From Centroscyllium fabricii (taxonomy: Eukaryota): DNA of 64,000 bases. The DNA is taken from NCBI GenBank assembly GCA_051313645.2, contig JBNRSN020000005.1, forward strand, positions 91,760,001-91,824,000. Reading direction: 5' to 3'. The notes under the pieces were generated by a model that was given only the letters and a program-made list of their open reading frames with translations, did not search any database and was not told the DNA's origin. Positions 25,576 to 38,880 of this stretch are shown here, piece after piece; position 1 is the stretch's first letter; each line of letters begins with the position of its first letter. A program made the position numbers and the translations under genes.

Positions 25576-26229
25576 AATTAGGGATTTAGTATTGTCAAAT
25601 TATTATAGCGCAAACAATTCTCCTGTCACAATCTGGCTTCCACCTCCACCAGCCTTCAAGTGACATCTGTGCATTTTATCTTTAAATAGCTCTGCTGAAG
25701 TTGAGTTAATTGGTCGGGAAACCCGGAAGACTGATTCAAGGCACTGCAAAGTGTGCCTCTCCAACTTTCAGCTTCCCGATGTGGTCCACGACCGCCCCCA
25801 CACCCATGGTGACTCCAAGGTAAAAATTCAGCCCCATGTGTTTGAATCAGTCACCCTATTTTGACAATAATTAAAGCCTTGCCTTCGTGGAGCTTAACTG
25901 ATTACAACCTCTCTAGGTTAAAGCACATCACTGAGCTGTGTTTTCTTTATTCATTTCACAATTCAAAAGATTTATTGTGCTTTCAACCATCAAAAATACC
26001 TTTGTTTGCATACAGCTAATTGATTGTCAACATTTTTACATAATATATAAACCCGTTACATAAATTTAAGTTTGTGTACAAGCCAGAAATGTTAACTAGC
26101 TTCAATAAACTAACAAGAAATAGTGAAGAATTCAGAGTTCAAATCATAGATGGATGCATGTTGTCTGTGCAGCGCTGATCAATTTATACCCCACCAAGTC
26201 CCAAGATGACAAAAGCATGAAGAAGGGTT

Positions 26230-27010
26230 TCACCAGTGATGGGGGAGAAGTAGGGATGGAAGCGGGTGAAGTCGCAAAGGGGGAAGATAGTTGTCTGGGT
26301 GGTAGATAGAATCTGGGGTTTGAAGCTCCGTTCTGGGTTTTGCACAGTCTGCTTTAGCCTGAGCTAGTAACCAGGGAAATGGAGTTAGTGGGAAAATAAG
26401 AGAGTTCATGGCGACTATTGAAAATGATGGCTTTAGTCTTCGTGACGGGAAAAACTGATGCATCTGTCACTTAATGGACATCATAGAAGTTATCATAGGT
26501 TAGGAGAAAAAGTGCGGAGGTAGAATTGTGCATTATGCCTGCAGATGATGCCACCAAGGGACAGCATGAAAGAGGTCAAGGATAGAGCGTTCAAGGAATC
26601 CAGGGACAGGGGAAAGAAACATTGCTGAAGATGTTCTGACTGGGCTCAGACATGCAGAAATTGAAACCTACAAGAGCAATCCCATTTAGTTAGACAATGG
26701 AGAAGCATGGTGTGGTCCACCGTATCAGATTCCACAAAGATCTTGAGTAGGGATAATATACCAGAATTAGTCACAGACGATATCATTTATGATTTCGACC
26801 AGGTTCAGTGCAGTGAGCAGATTGGAAGCTAGATTGAAGGGCTTCAAATAAGGAAATTTAGGAAAGATGGGAATTGGGAGGTGATGACACATTCGAGGAA
26901 CTCAGACGAAAGTAGTTGGAGAGGACGGATGGGTCGAGAGTGGTGTTTCTGAGGAGGTGGTTTTGAAAGGGAGAGGTACGGTGTCTGAGCAAAGGGTGCA
27001 ATAACAGATG
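26230..27010 (-). mobile_element. Very old L2-like fragment
   Basis: Degenerate RPI..L...SE.LE motif and similarity to the other L2-like pieces. Confidence 0.45.
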
Positions 27011-27197
27011 AACTATTCTGTTTAATATAGTGAAATAAAAAATTACTGCAATTAAAAAACATTACCCAATAACAAGAGGCTGTTCACCCCACTGACAGCA
27101 AACAAAAATTTGTCCCAGTGTATCTACTAACTCTACTTATTTTTAATATAAAGAAGTACACAAGCTGGATTGTGTTACATGGCTGATTTGGACAGAA

Positions 27198-28008
27198 GCA
27201 TGGCAGATGCAGTATTATGTGGATAAATGCGAGGTTATCCACTTTGGTGGCAAAAACAGGAAGGCAGATTATTATCTGAATGGCAATAGATTGGGAGAAG
27301 GGGAAGTGCAACGAGACCTGGGTGTCCTTGTGCACCAGTCGCTGAAGGTAAGCATGCAGGTGCAGCAGATGGTTAAGAAGGCAAATGGTATGTTGGCCTT
27401 CGTAGCGAGGGTTTGAGTACAGGAACAAGGATGTCTTTGTTGCAGTTGTACAGGGCCTTGGTGAGACCACATCTTGGTATTGTGTGCAGTTTTGGTCACC
27501 TTATCTGAGGAAGGATGTTCTTGCCATGGAGTGCAGCGAAGATTCACCAGACTGATACCTGGGATGGCAGGAATGACGTATGAAGAGAGATGGGGCGATT
27601 GGGCTTATACTCGCTGGAGTTTAGAAGAATGAGAGGGGATCTAATTGAAACTTATAAAATTCTAACAGGACTAGACAGACTAGATGCAGGAAGGATGTTC
27701 CTGATGGCCGGGGAGTCCAGAACCAAGGGTCAGGCTAAGGATAAGGGGTAAGCCATTTAGGACTGAGATGAGGAGGAATTTCTTCACCCAGAGAGTAGTG
27801 AACCTGTGAAATTCTCTACCACAGAGGCAGTGGAGGCCAATTCATTAAATATATTCAAGAAGGAGTTAGATACATTTCTTAAGACTAAAGGATATGGGGA
27901 GAAAGCAGGGACAGGGTACTGAAGTTGGATGATCAGCCATGATCTCATTGAATGGCAAAGCAGGCTCGAGGGGCCGAATGGCCTACTCCTGCTCCTATCT
28001 TCTATATA
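27198..28008 (+). mobile_element. CR1 3' fragment
   Basis: [10 protein letters not shown]...KKANGMLAF and a CR1 3' tail. Confidence 0.9.
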
Positions 28009-28129
28009 TCTCAGGGCTTCATTTCAGCCAGCTTGAACTATGTCATCTGAACCACTATATATGTAAATGTACTCCACCCATTGCGTTATTCTATAACATA
28101 TTGTGCATCATTAATAAAAAGGCAGGTCA

Positions 28130-30790
28130 GACAGACCCAAAAGGGGTGGCAGCAGTGTTATACAGTTGGGAAGAAGTGGCCCTGGGAGTCCTCACCATTG
28201 GCTCTGGACCCCATGAAGTCTCATGGCTTCAGGCCAGGCATGGGCAAGGAAACCTCCTGCTGATTACCGCCCACCACCCTCCCTCAGCTGACGAATCAGT
28301 ACTCCATCATGTTGAACACCACTTGGAAGAAGCACTGAGAGTAGAAAGGGCACAGAATGTACTCTGCTTGGGGGACTTCAATGTCCATCACCAAGACAGC
28401 GCTACTGACCAAGCTGGCCAAGTCCTGAAGGACATAGCTGCCAATCTGGGCCTGCAACAGGTGGCGAGAGACCAAACACGAGGGGAAAAACCTACTTGAC
28501 CTCGTCCTCACCAATCTACCTGTCACTGATGCATCAGTCCATAACAGCATTGGTAGCAGTGACCACCGCACACAGTCATTGTGGAGACAAAGTCCCGTCT
28601 TCACATGGAGGGCACCCTCCATTGTGTTGTGTGGCACTACCACGGTGCTAAATGGGATAGATTCAGAACTGATCAAGCAGCTCAAAACTGGGCATCCACG
28701 AGGCGCTGTGGGCAATCAGCAGAATTGTATTCCACCACAATCTGTAACCTCATTGCATGGCATATCCCTCACTACCAGGGGACCAACCCTGGTTCAATAA
28801 GGAGTGTAGAAGAGCATGCCAGGAGCAGCACCAGGCATACCTAAAAATGCAGTGCCAACCTAGGGAAGCTGCAGCACAGGACTACGTGCATGCTAAAAAG
28901 CAGAAGCAGCATGCTAGACTAAGCAATCCCACAATCAACGAATCAGATCAAAGCTCTGCAGTCCTGCCACATCCAATCGGGAATGGTGGTGGACCACTAA
29001 ACAACTGATGGGAGGAGGCCCCATGAATATCCCCATCCTCAATAATGGTGTAGCCCAGCACGTGAGTGCAAAAGACAAAGAAGTGTTTGTAACCATCTTC
29101 AGCCAAATGTGCTGAGTGGATGATCCATATTGGCCTCCTCCTGAGGTCTCCACACCACAGAAGCCAGTCATCAGCTAATTTGATTCGCTCCATGTGATAG
29201 CAAGAAATGGCTGAGTCCATTGGATACAGCAAAGGCTGTAGGCCCTGACAATATCCCGGCTGTTATGCTGATGACTTGTGCTCCAGAACTAGCCGTGCCT
29301 CTAGCCAAGCTGTTCCAATACAGCTATAACACTGGCATCTATCTGAAAATGTGGAAAACTGCCCAGGTATGTTCTTGTCCACAAATAGCAGGAGAAATCC
29401 AATCCGGCCAATTACTGCCCCATCAGTCTACTCTCAATCATCAGCAAAGTGATGGAAGGTGTCGTCGACAGTGCTATCAAGCAGCACTCACTCACCAATA
29501 ACCTGCTCACTGATGCCTAGTTTGGGTTCCGTCAGGGCCACTCGGCTCCAGACCTCATCACAGCCTTGGTCCAAACATAGACAAAAGAGCTGAATTCCAG
29601 AGGTGAGGTGAGAGTGACGGTCCTTCACATCAAGGCATCATGAGAGTGTGGCATCAAGGAGCCCTAGTAAAACTGAAGTCACTGGGAATCCGGGGGGGGG
29701 GGGGGGGGGGGGGGGGGCGGCGGTGGGAACTCTCCACTGGCTGGAGTCATACATAGCACAAAGGAAGATGATTGTTGTGGTTGGAGGTCAATCACAGCCC
29801 CAGGACATAGCTGCAGGAGTTCTTAGGGCTGTGTCCTAGGCCCAACCATCTTCAGCTGCTTCATCAATGACCATCCCTCCATCATAAGGTCAGAAGTGGG
29901 GATGTTCACTGATGGCTGCAGTGTTCAGTCCCAATTTGCATCTCCTCAGAAAATGAAGCAGTCTATGCCCGCATGCAAGTCCTGGATGACATTCAGGCTT
30001 GGGCTGATAAGTGCCTGGTTCTTGTGTGGCGTGAATGTTACCTGCCAATGACTATCTCCAACAAGCGAGTGTCTAAACACCGCCCCTTGACATTCAATGG
30101 CATTACCATCACCAAATCCCCCACCATCAATATCCTGGGGGATCATCATTGACCAGAAACTTAACTGGACCAGCCTCATAAATACTGTGGCAACAAGAGG
30201 TCAGGGGCTGGGTATTCTGCAGTGAGTGTCTCACCTCCTGACTCCTCCACCATCTACAAGGCACAAATCAGGAGTGTGATGGAATACTCTCCACTTGCCT
30301 GGATGAGTGCAGCTCCAACAACACTCAAGAAGCTCGACACCATCCAAGACAAAGCAGTCCGCTTGATTGGCACCCCATTCACCACGTTAAACATTCACTC
30401 CCTCCACCACCGGCGTACCGTGGTTATAGTGTGTACAATCTACAAGATGCACTGCAGCAATTCGCCAAGGCTTCTTTGGCAGCACCTCCTAAACCCACGA
30501 CCTCTACCACCTAGAAGGACAAGGGCAGCAGGCGCATGGGAACACCACCATCTTCAAGTTCCCCTCCATGTCACACACCATCCTGACTTGGAAGTATATC
30601 GCTGTTCCTTCATCATCGCTGGGTCAAAATCCTGGAACTCCCTCCCTAACAGCACTGTGGGAGTACCTTCACCACATGGACTGCAGCGGTTCAAGGCGGC
30701 GGCTCACCACCACCTTCTCAAAGGCAACTAGGAATGGGGAATACTGGCATTACCAGTGACGCCCACATCCCATGAACGAATAAAAAAACA
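28130..30790 (+). mobile_element. CR1/L2-group LINE (second family), long decayed ORF2
   Basis: Endonuclease GDFNVHH and SDH motifs, KAVGPDNIP, RT, C-terminal VMEYSPLAW, then aataaa and an A tail. Confidence 0.85.
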
Positions 30791-33700
30791 AGGAAAACAC
30801 TGCAAATGCTAAAAATCTATAAAGAAAATACAGGATATAGCTACGGTCTGATGTTACTAAAATTAATGTTCCGATCAAAGGGCTGCAGAGTGCCCAGGAG
30901 AAGTAAGAGTTACTGTTCCTAAAGCCTGTGTTGGAGCATTGCAGGCCAAAAATGGAGAGGTCAACATTGGAATGGGAGGGGTGACGCTTGCAAACAGAAT
31001 GTAGGACTTCGGCAAAGTGGGTTTGGTCTCCCCAATGTAGAGCAGACCACACGAATTGGCAGATACAGTATACTAGATTGTATAAAGTACATGTGAATTG
31101 CTGCATTTTTTGGAAGGAGTTTGGGGCCCTGGACTATGTTATGGTAGGGTTATGAATGTATCTGCTGCAATTGCACAGCAAAGTACTAGGGAACAGACAG
31201 CTGGAAGTTGGAGTGGGGGAAATTTGAACAAAGGTATACCAGAGGGAACTATTCCTCTGGACAGCAAAGCAGGGAGAGGAAGCTAAAATTTACTTGGTGT
31301 GGGATCATATGCTAGATGATGATTTGGCAAATGTGGAGGCTGGTGAGATGGAATGTGAGGAAGCTGCTGCATTTGTAGTAAGAGGAAGAGGAGGGGGTAA
31401 GAGCAGAAACACAAGAAATGGGACACAGTCAAGAATCCTATTCTGCAACCACTGTGGAGGTGAAACCTCGGTTGAGGAAAACAACATTTCAGAAAGTGGA
31501 GTTGTCAGAGCAGATATGATGGATACAGGCAGGAGAGGAGGGATAGAGCTTTTTTAAAAAAAAACAGGAATCAGATTTAGGAGAAGCATAAATCAGGTAG
31601 TTGTTTGCTTGAAATACAAGTGTATGAAAAGCCTATTGCCAGAGATGCAGAGAAAGATGTTCAAGAAGAGAAAGAAGATTCTGAGATATGCCACATAAAG
31701 GTGAGATTGGTATTAATTGAATGTATAATTGATGAAATTCTCAAGATCAGAGTAAGAGCAGGAAGCAACAGCCAGACAGCTGTCAATGCAACAGAAGACA
31801 TGGTCAGGGAGGAGGCCTGAATATGACTAGAACAATAGAGTTCCACATATCTGACAAAAAAACAGGCATGCAGGTTTCCATAGTGACCTGGAAAAGGTGG
31901 GTAGAGCTTTAAGAGTTGTTCCAGTTGAGTACAAGTTCAGCCAGGCAGAGGAGGAAGATGGTGGATGGGAACTGGTTGGGCTACTTTTCAAGGAAGAAGT
32001 GGAGGAACCAGAGACGGTTCTGGTGAAGGCTGGCAGTGTAGTGTGATTGCATTTCCATGGTGAAACGGAAACGATTGGGGCTAGAAAATCTAAAATCATG
32101 AAAGTGTCACAGATGTAGATGAATAGAGTGGACAAGGAAGAAGTGAATCAAGAGGAAACTTGTTCGATGAAACAGGAACAGGTGAAACAATCAATCTACT
32201 GGGGCTGTCCTGCTGTGTATCTTGGGGAGAAGGTAGAAATAGGCCAAGGATTTTGGGAAGGCAATGGGGGAGGGCGTGAAGTGGGAAAGGATCTCCGTAA
32301 GAGATATCGGTCTCAGTCTTGGATATCATGGTTTACTTTTCCATATTAGGTTTGTGGTCCACAGGGAGATAGGAACAGGAGTCAGAAAGTTAGCATTCCA
32401 CTTCATGTCAAGTAGAGATTTTACTGCCATGACAACAGCACCACCTTCATCAACAAGTCTAATGATGATCATAGAATCATAGAAGATAGGAGCAGGAGTA
32501 GGCCATTCAGCCCTTCGAGCCCGCTCCCCCATTCAATGAGATCATGTCTGATCTTTAGCAAGCTAGTACCCCGTCCCCGCCTTTTCTCCATAACCTTTAA
32601 TCCCTTTAGCTTTAAGAAATATATCCAATTCCCTCTTGAATATGTTTAATGAACTGGCCTCCACCGTCCTCTGTGGCAAGGAATTCCACAGGCCCACCAC
32701 TCTCTGAGTGAAGAAATTCTTCCTCATGTCTGTCCTAAATGGTTCACCCCTTATTCTTAGACCGTGGCCCCTGGTTCTGGACGGCCCCTGGTTCTGGACT
32801 GCCCCGCCATTGGAAACATTCTCTCTGAATCTAACCTGTCCAGGCCTGTTAGAATTTTATACGTCTCAATGAGATCGCCTCTCAATCTTTTAAACTCCAA
32901 CGAGTACAAGCCCAGACTACATAATCTCTCCTCGTAGGTCATTCCTGCCATTCCAGGAATCAGCCTGGTGAAACGCCGCTGCACTCCCTCCATGGCAAGA
33001 ACATCCTTCCTCAGGCAAGGCGACCAGAACTGTACACAATACTCGAGGTGTGGTCTCACCAGTGCCTTGTACAGCTGTAGTAAGGTATCCTTATTCCTAT
33101 ACTCGAACCCTCTTGATATGAAGGCCAACACACCATTTGCCTTCCTAACCGCCTGCTGCACCTGCGTGCTCGCCTTCAGCGACTGGTGCACAAGAACACC
33201 CAGGTCTCTTTGCACCTCCCCATCTCCCAATCTATTGCCATTTAAGTAATAATCTACCCTTCTGTTTTTGCCCCCAAAGTGGATAACCTCACATTTATCC
33301 ACATTATAGTGCATCTGCCATCTATCTGCCCAGTCCCCCATGATGATGGGGTTGGAAGCGAGAGAAGAGAGAAGTACAAGTTCGGAAGATAAATTATAGC
33401 GAGTATAGGGAGTAAACGCTGAACTGATACCATGGGGGTAATTCTCAATGAAAAGACTGAAAAAAGGATAAAAGAGGCCAGAGGAAGGAGTCCCAAAGGA
33501 TTAAGGCGGCTGGAGCCAAGAGGCATGAGATTCACGAGAGGAAGGTTCCTCACCATATGGAAGCAGAGCTGATCACCACATTGAACTATAAATTTGAAGA
33601 ACATAGAGGGTAATGCTAAGGTCCTTGCTAAGGACAGATTGCTCAGGATCAAAAGGGAATTGTGAAAACCCAGTAAGGAGAGGAGTTAGAAATAGACAGA

Positions 33701-34310
33701 GCAAAGAAAGTGAAAGGAATATGGATTAGGGGGTTAGCTGGCATCCAAGAGTTTGTGCTTTTCATCTTTGTTACCTGAAAGGAAAAACGTTTTCTTTGTT
33801 CAAGTGACAGATGAGATGAAATATGACGTGGAATTGAGGCTACAATATAGATTGAGCCGATATTGCTGAAGTGAGCCCATGTATGTGGTGATGTATAGAG
33901 CCCATGTATGTGGTGATGTATAGAGAGGGTGGATTGCATGAAACACAGAACAGTAGTTGGAGGAGTGGTGGATCTGAAAAAAGACACGACCTCAGCTGGA
34001 ATCCTTGCAGAATGAGTTGGTGGCGTAAGCAGGTGCTGAGGCAAGAGAGACAGCTGTGAAAGTAGGTCATGGCAAATAAAGTCACAAACAAGAAGCGAAA
34101 GGCTTAACAATGATGAACAGGAAGAAAGAGGCAAGAAAATCATGACAAAGAAACAGGATTTCAAGGCTGGTTTTACTGGGCGAGATGATAGTGCACCTAA
34201 GAAAAAAAAATGGAAATCTGAAATTAAAGATAGAAAATGCTGAAAAAAACCACAAGTCTATCAGCATCTAGAGAAACGGCAGATTAGATGAGTCATCAGA
34301 ACTAAAACAT
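30790..34310 (-). mobile_element. Old near-full-length Penelope-like element (split by CR1 at 32468-33340)
   Basis: GIY-YIG-like NLVYCIC..CGLLYIG at about 31030-31085; related terminal repeats at about 30790 and 34210-34305. Confidence 0.65.
32468..33340 (-). mobile_element. Young CR1 3' fragment
   Basis: Near-identical to 3047-3900; carries an 18-bp tandem duplication ggcccctggttctggac. Confidence 0.92.
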
Positions 34311-34849
34311 AAACAAGCCTTGGCAGATTTGTAAAAAAAGAAAAACAAAAGACACTCCAATCACAGAGGAAGTTAATGGTTCAAATGACCTGCAAACTAC
34401 TTAATAGAAAAGCAGGAAACAGATGCTATGAAAGATTATCTCAGTGAGGCATTATGCACATTATTCCTCAGCAATCAACTAAAGACATACCACCATAACT
34501 TTTCAGGTCAAACATGAACTGATGAACCAATACAACATCCGAGTTACTTTCATGTTCCTAACATTACCAAAGTTACATAAAAAGAAAAAGTTGAGTGTGC
34601 AAAAAGTATTTTATCATTGCACTGTTCTGCAAAGTGTCATTAAGCACAGTAGAGCCTAGATTTAATGATTGGCATTATTGTAATGCTTATAGTAACCCAT
34701 TTAAAGTGACATTAATCAGAAAATCTAGGCCTAAATACCACTAGGATTCTTCTAGTCAGTTATTCATTCTAAACAATCAGTTTTCTCCTTATTAAATATA
34801 TTTACCATGCACCATTCTACAGGTGTGCAAGAACAGTTACGAGCAATAT

Positions 34850-36828
34850 GCCCTCATTTATTCATCTCTCCTGTAGGGTAAATGATTAGGCTTTGTTTGG
34901 CATCGTTCTCTCATGATGGACAAAACCTATTGGAGCATTAATACATATTTATCTTGCACATTCTAAATAATCATCACCTGCACAGATACAATTAATTGCT
35001 TCCACCCATACAAAAGCAATTCCACTTTATCATGATACTGTTTTAAATTATTCAACACATTTGTGGAAATAAGTTGAAGGCAATAAATCCATTTGAGTTC
35101 AGAGAGTTCTAAATCAGTCACATTAGACTGGCGATTTTGGTCTTCAGACCCCTAATGGAAATACCATCTTTTAACAAGCTCTATTAGTTTATACATTATC
35201 AAACATATGCATTCATCATGGGCATGACATCTACACACAATAAAACACAAGCCATAGTCAGTGTACATTACCCCTCCACCACCCCACCCCCCTAAGCCTG
35301 ATACTCATTAATCTCTTAAATTTCACCATCAAACTGTTTTCTCCACTTTACCTTTTTTGCTATTTTATTTAATAACCCTTGTTCTTACCGTTTGAGGAAA
35401 ATTAAAATGAGAAAAATATTTCAAGATTTCTGCTCTGCTCCCATAAGAACTGTCTCTGGCTTGCATAAAAATAGTTTCACTGATACAACACAAAGTACCA
35501 ACATTTTTTGTGGGCTGTGTATGACACAGGCTGCAAAGTTCAATAAGGCTGTGTAGATAAAGACAATTTCACCCAGGGAGACAAGGAAAGTAAAAAAAAT
35601 CTCCCAGCATATGATTACATTGACAAGTGTCTAAGATTAAATTAGCAGTACAACTTTCTGGCCTGAAGAATGGTGCATGGATAATATGTTTTTATTATAT
35701 TTTTACTCCTAGTGCATGCTCTGTTAGCATTAGTTAGAGATTCAGGTATAGCATAACCAGATACAAAGTAAACTTCATTTTACTCTGCTCAATAAAATGC
35801 ACCTGTATCTTCAGAAAAAGATCCCGTTCTGCACCGCCCAAGACAGCTACACCTGAGTAAGAATCACAACTTATCTGTTTGTGATATGCAGCCTGTGCCC
35901 AATAGGAACTAGATTATGAGTGCCCAAACTCATGTCATGTAGGGCCACTGCAGTCAGCAGAAAGTGCATCATCCCATCTGGGACCGATTGAATACTACAT
36001 TCCAGAGATGAATGGACACTGTAGTGATCTACTGTGTCACCCTATTCCTTCCTTTTAAACAGGTGAAAGTCTAGGACTGGACAACTAAACATTTATACTT
36101 CAGGCCATCCAGTTGAGATTCATACAGCTCTATCAGAAACTGTGCAACACCTTTCTTTGTAAAATAGAAAAGCTAATAATGTTGAGATCCGAATACAAAC
36201 ATTATGTAGACTTTATTGAATGTTGCTCAAAACCCCAAATAAGGTGTCTCATTACAAAAGAGCTTCACACTGCCATAGGTTTACAGAATGGAATGGTTCT
36301 CTGGCACGGCATCAGAAAGACTAGTTGAAAAAAAAACATACAATATTTTATGCTTGAATTTCTATTGTTTTCTGTGTATGCATACCTCACTCCCTTTCAT
36401 GTTACTCGAGGTCTGTAGCATTGTGAGAAGCACATATAAAATAGGAAAAATCTATATTTAAATAGCTGACTAATTTTCTATGTGCAGCACAATCAAAAAA
36501 TTATTTCTTCAAGTCATAATTTCACCACTCAATTATTTTCACTCTGGTCACAAATGATAAATTCATTTATTCTCTGTGAATTCTAAAAAGTGACATAATA
36601 AATTCATGATCAGACAAAGTTACAAATATGTGGTCACACAGTAATGTTCAAAGTTCAAATCTTTTCCTTTTAACATAATTTACAGCTCATCAAAAAAGCT
36701 GGTCTTTTTTGGAAGTATAATGCTGAAGGTTTGTCTTGTGTATGTATTTTTCTCACACATATTCCAAAATATGTATGAAATGCTCCACCACTCCTAGCCT
36801 GCAACTGTAAGCCAACTGTTGATTCTGG
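34850..36828 (-). other. Probable PPP2R5A 3' UTR (end uncertain)
   Basis: AT-rich and free of recognisable TEs directly after the stop; several minus-strand AATAAA (plus-strand TTTATT, e.g. about 36212, 35364 and 34857). Confidence 0.5.
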
Positions 36829-36973
36829 TCATTTGGCACTTGGTTTACTGTTTTGAGCATTTTTCGCATTGTGGGTATCGTTCTGCATTTCAGCAAGCAC
36901 CTGGCTCCTCTGGAGCTGCAACTCTTCAAGATTCTTCCAAAGCTCCTCACGCTCCTGTTCTTTCTTCTTTTCA
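36829..36973 (-). CDS. PPP2R5A: PPP2R5A last coding exon
   Basis: tttgcag|T GAA AAG...AAA TGA; EKKKEQEREELWKNLEELQLQRSQVLAEMQNDTHNAKNAQNSKPSAK*. The alpha assignment is supported by adjacency to PACC1, as in human. Confidence 0.93.
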
Positions 36974-37001
36974 CTGCAAAATTAAACATTCATTTTTAAA
37001 A

Positions 37002-37480
37002 GGGGAGGCGGTGGCGCAGTGGTTATGTCACTAGACTAGTAAGCCAGAGGCTCAGTCAAATGCTCTGAGGATATGGGTTCAAATCCCACCACGGCAGCTG
37101 GTGGAATTTAAATTCAATTCAATTTAATTCTGGAATTAAATGTTAGTCTTAGTAATGGCGACCATGATACCAGTGTCGATTGTTGCAAAAACCCATCTGG
37201 TTCACTAATGTCCTTTAGGGAAGGAAATCTGCCGTCCTTACCTAGTCTGGCCTACATGTGACTCCAGACCCACAGCAATGTGGTTGACTCTTAACCGCCC
37301 TCTGAAATGGCCTAGCAAGCCACTCAGTTGTAAACAACCGCTACGAAAAACAATAAGACTGCAGCGGTTCAAGAAGTCGGCTCACCACCATCTTCTCAAG
37401 GGCAATTAGGGATGGGCACTAAATGTAGGCCTAGCCAGCCAGCGACGCCCACATCCCATCAATTAATAAAAGAAAAAAAA
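37002..37480 (+). mobile_element. tRNA-derived SINE whose 3' tail comes from the second LINE family
   Basis: Box A tggcgcagtgg and box B ggttcaaatcc; tail gactgcagcggttcaag...cgcccacatccca matches 30680-30775. Confidence 0.85.
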
Positions 37481-38778
37481 ATGAACAGTGCAATGCAGGG
37501 TACTAGTAACAATATTGTGAAGTAGTTACTGAGGGAATACTAATAGCAAGAAATTATACTTTATAGCTTTCTGTAATTCATCTTAAATTGCAACAATTAA
37601 ATAGTAAAATTTCAGTGGCTCTTTTAAAAGTACAGGCCTGTAAAAGTTATTTTTTAAAAATAAATAATCAATATTGACTAAAAATGATCAAATAAAAGAA
37701 ACCATTAAACAATTCTTCATGTAAAAAATACATTCGACTGGTTCTCGTACAATAAAGTAGCCATACAAAACGTCCTTTATACAAACACCTTCTTGTATGA
37801 CTTTTAAATAGGACATTATAGAAAGTAAGATTGCTATACATTTCATTAAGGTATGCTTTTTTTTTTTACTGGATTGCTCCAAAAAAGGATAATTTTTAAA
37901 CTTTTGTTCAAAATACAACCACGCAAGTTTAGAAAAGTCAGTGGACAACTGTAAACATTTTTGTAACTTGCCATCCTAATGATTAAAACAATCAATTAGT
38001 AAATAATTTGCAGTGTATTTGCATCATGCTACATAAACAGTCGGGTAATTACTGACTCCTCAGCTAAAACTAAAATGAGCAAAATGGTACATGACACGTA
38101 TGTTATTTTAACATTATCAATCTTCTGCAGCATAAAATCCAACAACCATGGACAAACTGGGTGGCTCATATTATTAAAAATGCAAATTATAAGTACAATT
38201 TAAAAAAAAACCACATTCATGGACAATTGAAATAATTACATCTATTGAAAACAGCTTTCATCAGGCACTTGGTCAATAAGTTGCAGTAATAGTTATCTAT
38301 AGTCTGCCACCACAGCTATATAGCTTCAGCTCATAAGCCATTCTTATGTTGTAATATATATGATGAGAAGGTGGCCTGAGCTTTTTCACAAGTCAGCTAT
38401 TGTAGATTGGAATACCCAAGAGAGAAAACAGCAGCCTAGTGGTGCAACAGCACATTGGTGTTCAAACATACTACATCACAAGACAGCAAATGTAGTTTCA
38501 CAAAGTATACTCAGCACATTCTGGCTGTCAACTGAGCTATCAGGAAATATGCTGAAAGGAGTCAAGATCCGTTTCCCGCTCACTCTCATGAAGACCAAAA
38601 AGAAAACAAATCAGGAGAGCAGGTTGCACGAGTGAGTTACAGAGGGCCATTTGTAGAAGCAGGAGAACAGCTTGCTTGTCCACACTCTCAATCTGTGTTT
38701 TCTCTAAGCAGTAAAGAGGGCCAATAAACACTTAGCAAGGGGAAAATATAAAATAATAAATGAAAGATGATTGCATAC

Positions 38779-38880
38779 CGCTGTCTTTCTGCTTTGTATG
38801 ATGCTGTAAGTTCATCGAACAGTGCCCCATTCATCTCCATTAATGTTTTTAGTACGTTGTAAACGAGTGCTACAATGGTT
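38779..38880 (-). CDS. PPP2R5A: PPP2R5A coding exon
   Basis: tttacag|A ACC ATT...CAG CG|gtatgc; [34 protein letters not shown]. Confidence 0.95.

Larger units (their letters stand above)
20684..25834. mobile_element. Full-length decayed PIF/Harbinger transposon
   Basis: Perfect 15-bp TIRs GGGCTGAATTTTTAC / GTAAAAATTCAGCCC; 3-bp TSD CAT; convergent transposase and Myb/SANT-like remnants. Confidence 0.92.

Noticed and set aside
29692-29718. Long G/C homopolymers (also 3946-3965 and 47302-47318)
   Set aside because: Slippage expansions of short G-runs within TEs or sequencing error; no evidence of function
33873-33925. Short local tandem duplications (also 13134-13162, 14820-14854 and 56258-56306)
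   Set aside because: Two-copy slippage events without further structure
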